Shown here one piece after another: positions 59,781-64,000 of a stretch of DNA of 64,000 bases. Numbering within the stretch: the first letter of the stretch is position 1; every line of letters starts with the position of its first letter. The notes beneath the pieces are model-generated. The model worked only from the letters and a program-made list of their open reading frames with translations, made no database searches and was not told the DNA's origin. The position numbers were made by a program, and so were the translations under genes. The DNA comes from an uncultured Lachnospiraceae bacterium (GTDB lineage: Bacteria > Bacillota > Clostridia > Lachnospirales > Lachnospiraceae): NCBI GenBank assembly GCA_947169385.1, contig CAMVPR010000011.1, forward strand, positions 1,534-65,533. The letters are read 5' to 3'.

Positions 59781-61139
59781 ATGAACGTTATAATTGCTGG
59801 TTGCGGTAAGCTTGGAATGACTATAGCAGGTAATCTTTCTGCAGCAGGATATAATATGACATTGATTGACAGTAGCGATATCATCCTTGAGCACGCTATT
59901 GAGGTGGTTGACGCTATGGCGGTTAGGGGTAACTGCGCAACAATGGCGGTATTAAATGACGCAGGTGTTGCTAACGCAGAGCTTTTGATAGCGACGACAG
60001 GTTCTGACGAACTTAATCTTCTATGCTGTATGACAGCAAGGTCGCTTAATCCTGATATACACACAATTGCAAGAATCAGGAACCCTGAGTATTATGAGCA
60101 GACCAGGGAGATGAGAGAGTCATTTGGTCTCTCGTTGATGGTTAACCCTGAGAAGAAGGCAGCTAAGGCTATTCACAAGCTCATATCTTTACCGGGATTC
60201 ATGAAGAGAGATACATTTGCCAAAGATAAGGTTGAGGTAGTGGAGATCAAGGTTGATGAGGGGGGCATCCTAGCAGATGTACCTTTGATTGACCTTTATA
60301 AGATTGTCAAATGCAAGGTCTTAGTGTGCGTAATACTTAGGGATGGAGAAGTTATCACTCCCGATGGTAGCACAGTATTAAAAGTTAATGACAGGCTTTT
60401 TGTTACAGCGCAGACCAATGATCTTTCACTTCTTTTAAAGAACTTAGGAATAATCAGTAAGACAGCCGATAAGGTTATGCTTATCGGAGGAGGAGGAATC
60501 AGCCTTTATCTTGCTGAGGAACTTATAAACAGCGGAATAAGCGTTGAGATTATTGAGCAGAATCTTGCAAGGTGTGAGGAACTTGCAGAGCTTATTCCTC
60601 AGGCAGAGATTATACATGGCGATGCCGGAAAGCACTCAACATTAGAGAGTGAGGGTCTTTCTACATGTGACGCAATAGTGTCACTTACCGGTATGGACGA
60701 GCTTAATATAATCACATCGCTTTACGCATCGGATCACGGTGTTTCACAGGTAATTACTAAGGTTGGCTACGCAGATGACTATGGTATGCTTGACAGACTT
60801 CCTATCGGAAGCCTTGTATGTCCTAAAGAACTCAGTTGTAACACAATTGTCAGGTATGTCAGGGCAATGACTAACAAGGAAGGCGCTGCGCTCTCTGTTC
60901 ACACAATAGCCGACGGTTTGGCAGAAGCCGTAGAGTTCAAGGTTGATGACAGCACTTTGAATATTAATGTGCCTCTTAAGAAGATTAAACTCAAAAAAGG
61001 CATAATTATTGCGAGTATCATCCACAAGGATATTCCGATCATCCCTAACGGTGATTCTCATTTTGAAGCGGGAGATACTATCATTCTTACGACTAATGCA
61101 GACAAGGCTGTCTTAAGTCTTAATGATATCTTCTTGTAG
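59781..61139 (+). CDS. trkA: Trk K+ uptake NAD-binding subunit
   Basis: Two RCK_N motifs (IAGCGKLG, IGGGGIS) and two RCK_C domains. Confidence 0.93.
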   Translation: MNVIIAGCGKLGMTIAGNLSAAGYNMTLIDSSDIILEHAIEVVDAMAVRGNCATMAVLNDAGVANAELLIATTGSDELNLLCCMTARSLNPDIHTIARIRNPEYYEQTREMRESFGLSLMVNPEKKAAKAIHKLISLPGFMKRDTFAKDKVEVVEIKVDEGGILADVPLIDLYKIVKCKVLVCVILRDGEVITPDGSTVLKVNDRLFVTAQTNDLSLLLKNLGIISKTADKVMLIGGGGISLYLAEELINSGISVEIIEQNLARCEELAELIPQAEIIHGDAGKHSTLESEGLSTCDAIVSLTGMDELNIITSLYASDHGVSQVITKVGYADDYGMLDRLPIGSLVCPKELSCNTIVRYVRAMTNKEGAALSVHTIADGLAEAVEFKVDDSTLNINVPLKKIKLKKGIIIASIIHKDIPIIPNGDSHFEAGDTIILTTNADKAVLSLNDIFL

Positions 61140-61154
61140 AAGGGAGTTACATAA

Positions 61155-62609
61155 GTGAACTATAAAATGGTTGGCAAGTTCTTAGCCGAGATTCTTGCCT
61201 TAGAAGCGATATTCATGTTGCCGTCTTTGATTATAAGTCTCTGTGATAAGGAATACTCGCTTTCATTTGATTTCTTAATAACGATTTTAATTATTATGGC
61301 ATCTTCCGGAGTGCTTATGTTTCTTTGCAGAAAAGCCAAGATGGGCTTTTATCAGAGAGAGGGGTATGTGTGTGCGGGTGCATGTTGGATAATGCTCAGT
61401 TTATTTGGTGCTTTACCGTTCTTCTTTTCAGGTAGAATACCTAATTACATAGATTCGCTTTTTGAGATTGTTTCCGGATTCACAACTACTGGAGCTACAA
61501 TTCTTAATGAAGTTGAGAGTATGCCAAGAGCTCTTCTTTTCTGGAGAAGCTTTAGTCACTGGATAGGTGGTATGGGAGTTTTGGTGCTCCTTTTGGCACT
61601 TGTGTCAATGGGCAAGAACAACAACGGTTTTACTCTTCACATTTTAAGAGCAGAGTCTCCGGGCCCTGACGTATCAAGGATTGTGCCTAAGATGCGACAG
61701 ACTGCGGTTATTCTTTATGTAATTTACCTTGTATTGACGTTAATCAATTATATAATGCTTCTTTTGGGCGATATGGATTGGTTTGAGGCTCTCTGTACCG
61801 CTCTTGGTACTGCCGGTACGGGTGGTTTTGGAGTTAGAAATGATTCGCTTGGCAGTTATTCGTCTTATATTATCTGGGTTACGACCATATTTATGATGCT
61901 TTTTGGTATCAACTTTAGTCTTTATCATTTGATTGTAACCAAGAAATTCAAGGTGGCTATTAAGGATCAGGAGCTCCATGTCTATCTGTTCATTATCTTG
62001 GTTGCGACGACTCTTATAACATTTAACATAAGAGGCAATTACGGCGGGACTTTAGAAGCTATTAAGCATGCTGCTTTTCAGGTGAGTTCAATTGTTACGA
62101 GTACAGGTTATTGTACGGTGGATTTTAATCTTTGGCCGGATTTTTCAAGAGGAATTCTTCTCTTCCTGATGATAATCGGTGCTTGTGCAGGCAGTACCGG
62201 TGGTGGTTTTAAGGTGATTAGACTTATCCTTCTTGTCAAATCGGCAAGGCGTGGTCTTAAGCAAATGTTATCGCCTAATCGTGTTGAAGTCATAAGAGTT
62301 AACGGACATCAGATAAGCGAGAAGGTAATGAACACTCTTAACATTTACCTTACTGTTTACGTGCTCATGATGCTTGTCAGTATATTCTTGATATCATTTG
62401 ACGGCAATTCAGTACTAACTAATGTTTCAGCAGTGATGGCTTGTTTTAACAATATAGGTCCGGGTTTTGATATGGTTGGGCCACTAAGTAACTTTGCAGA
62501 TTTCTCAATTCCATCGAAAGTTGTTTTGATATTTGATATGCTTGCCGGAAGGTTGGAGATTATGCCGATTTTGGCAATGTGTAGCTTAAGTACATATAGG
62601 AGAAGATAA
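61155..62609 (+). CDS. trkH: Trk K+ uptake membrane subunit
   Basis: Pore loops SGFTTTG, GTGGF, TSTGY and NIGPG; also GSTGGG and GRLE. Confidence 0.93.
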   Translation: MNYKMVGKFLAEILALEAIFMLPSLIISLCDKEYSLSFDFLITILIIMASSGVLMFLCRKAKMGFYQREGYVCAGACWIMLSLFGALPFFFSGRIPNYIDSLFEIVSGFTTTGATILNEVESMPRALLFWRSFSHWIGGMGVLVLLLALVSMGKNNNGFTLHILRAESPGPDVSRIVPKMRQTAVILYVIYLVLTLINYIMLLLGDMDWFEALCTALGTAGTGGFGVRNDSLGSYSSYIIWVTTIFMMLFGINFSLYHLIVTKKFKVAIKDQELHVYLFIILVATTLITFNIRGNYGGTLEAIKHAAFQVSSIVTSTGYCTVDFNLWPDFSRGILLFLMIIGACAGSTGGGFKVIRLILLVKSARRGLKQMLSPNRVEVIRVNGHQISEKVMNTLNIYLTVYVLMMLVSIFLISFDGNSVLTNVSAVMACFNNIGPGFDMVGPLSNFADFSIPSKVVLIFDMLAGRLEIMPILAMCSLSTYRRR

Positions 62610-62612
62610 TAT

Positions 62613-63545
62613 ATGAGTATTCTGTTTTTAAATCCTGTTTTAAAGGATACAATATGGGGTGGAACAAGGTTAAAGGAATTCGGGTATGATCTGACCTCGG
62701 ACCATGTTGGAGAGTGCTGGGGCATAAGTGCTCATCCTAACGGAGATTGTGAGATTGCTTCCGGTGAGTTTAAGGGCGCTAAATTATCAGAGATTTGGGC
62801 TAATCATAGAGAGCTCTTTGATAATGTTGAAGGCGATACATTTCCACTGCTCACCAAGATAATAGCAGCTGAGGATGATCTCTCGATTCAAGTGCATCCT
62901 GACAATTCGTATGCATTTGAACATGAGAACGGTTCACTTGGCAAGATGGAATGTTGGTATGTTCTTGATGCTGACCCGGGTACCACCATTGTTGTGGGTC
63001 ACAATGCAAACACTAAAGACGAGCTTAATTCTATGATTGACAATCATCAGTTCAAGGAATTGATAAGAGAGACTCCGATTAAGAAAGGGGATTTCTTCCA
63101 GATTAATCCGGGTACCGTTCACGCAATCAAAGGTGGAACGGTTATCCTTGAAACGCAGCAGAGTAGCGATATAACTTATAGACTATACGACTACGACAGG
63201 CTTGATAATGGGGTTCTTAGAGAGCTTCATCTTGATAAGAGCAAGGATGTTATCGTGAGTCCATATAAGGAGCCCGAGCTTCATGTTGGCGGCTTTAAAG
63301 AGACCGTTAATAAAGCGTTTCACGAGCTTGTTAACACAGAATATTACACAGTATGGAAGTTGGAGGTTGACGGTGAGGCAAATGTCACAGAAGACCAACA
63401 CTTTATGCTTGTTTCCGTAGTTGATGGGGACGGGTATGTTGATGATTACAAGATATCAAAAGGGTCTCATTTTATCATATGTAAGGATCAAGATGAGGTA
63501 ACATTTAAAGGCGATATGAGCATTGTCATATCTACTGTAAATTAA
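62613..63545 (+). CDS. manA: Mannose-6-phosphate isomerase, class I
   Basis: IWGGT.L, GECW.ISAHP, LSIQVHP, ECWY, GTVHAI and SDITYRLYD. Confidence 0.93.
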   Translation: MSILFLNPVLKDTIWGGTRLKEFGYDLTSDHVGECWGISAHPNGDCEIASGEFKGAKLSEIWANHRELFDNVEGDTFPLLTKIIAAEDDLSIQVHPDNSYAFEHENGSLGKMECWYVLDADPGTTIVVGHNANTKDELNSMIDNHQFKELIRETPIKKGDFFQINPGTVHAIKGGTVILETQQSSDITYRLYDYDRLDNGVLRELHLDKSKDVIVSPYKEPELHVGGFKETVNKAFHELVNTEYYTVWKLEVDGEANVTEDQHFMLVSVVDGDGYVDDYKISKGSHFIICKDQDEVTFKGDMSIVISTVN

Positions 63546-63550
63546 AAAAC

Positions 63551-63580
63551 AGGCTGTTAAAGTTTATATTTTAACAGCCT
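63551..63580. terminator. Bidirectional terminator
   Basis: AGGCTGTTAAA / TTTAACAGCCT between convergent genes. Confidence 0.8.
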
Positions 63581-63585
63581 TATTA

Positions 63586-63999
63586 TTATCTTCTTCTGTT
63601 GGCGTGGCGGCTTATTCTGCCCTCGTTCTGTTTCTTCTCTTTCTTGGCTAAGCTTGCCTCCTCCTCGAATATCTCTTTATTCTTAAGAGTCTCGGCATCT
63701 AAATACTTCTTGAAAATGTAATTAAACCATAGCGATTGTAACACTGCAGCTGCAGCGCATCCGAATGCCAGAAGAATAACCTTGGCAGGAAGCGTGTAGT
63801 AAGCAGGTACAACACATATAAACAGCACTCCAAGATTTAAAAATGTGAACGGCAAGTTGGCAACCGCCATAAGCGCGCTGTTTCTAAAGAGGTCCTTTAT
63901 AGAGACGGTGAACTTGGCCAAAATAGGATATGTGTATGTAATCGTTGCTGCATAGAATACATCGAGTACAACGAATACAACCTTACCTAGATACGACTC
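63586..63999 (-). CDS. YesL/DUF624-like membrane protein, 5' end outside the window
   Basis: The frame is open to the window end (…YTYPILAKFTVSIKDLFRNSALMA…) and carries hydrophobic helices. Confidence 0.6.
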   Translation of the reverse strand, partial: ESYLGKVVFVVLDVFYAATITYTYPILAKFTVSIKDLFRNSALMAVANLPFTFLNLGVLFICVVPAYYTLPAKVILLAFGCAAAAVLQSLWFNYIFKKYLDAETLKNKEIFEEEASLAKKEKKQNEGRISRHANRRR

Positions 64000-64000
64000 G

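Overview
64 kb of chromosome from a low-GC Firmicute, inferred to be Lachnospiraceae (Eubacterium/Butyrivibrio-like). Almost all genes lie on the + strand. Housekeeping genes include rpsF-ssb-rpsR (with an S6:S18 leader), a half-length GlmU, pth, mfd, a PrsA-like foldase, rmlADCB, dtd, potABCD, trkAH, manA and a SNF2 helicase. Accessory content includes: a MarR-controlled A-T-C NRPS-like protein; an orphan, AT-rich HipA-like kinase flanked by repeats; a lipoprotein GH9 cellulase followed by a His-less pseudo-kinase; several secreted or surface proteins; a double-Cache hybrid kinase; a type II Wadjet (jetABC) core with no jetD, placed directly behind an orphan FliD-like gene; a SigI/RsgI pair next to a Lys-rich secreted protein; and several REP-like palindrome families, densest around a radical SAM gene. 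I saw no tRNA, rRNA, CRISPR array, integrase or transposase. All family assignments come from motif recognition by eye, not database searches.
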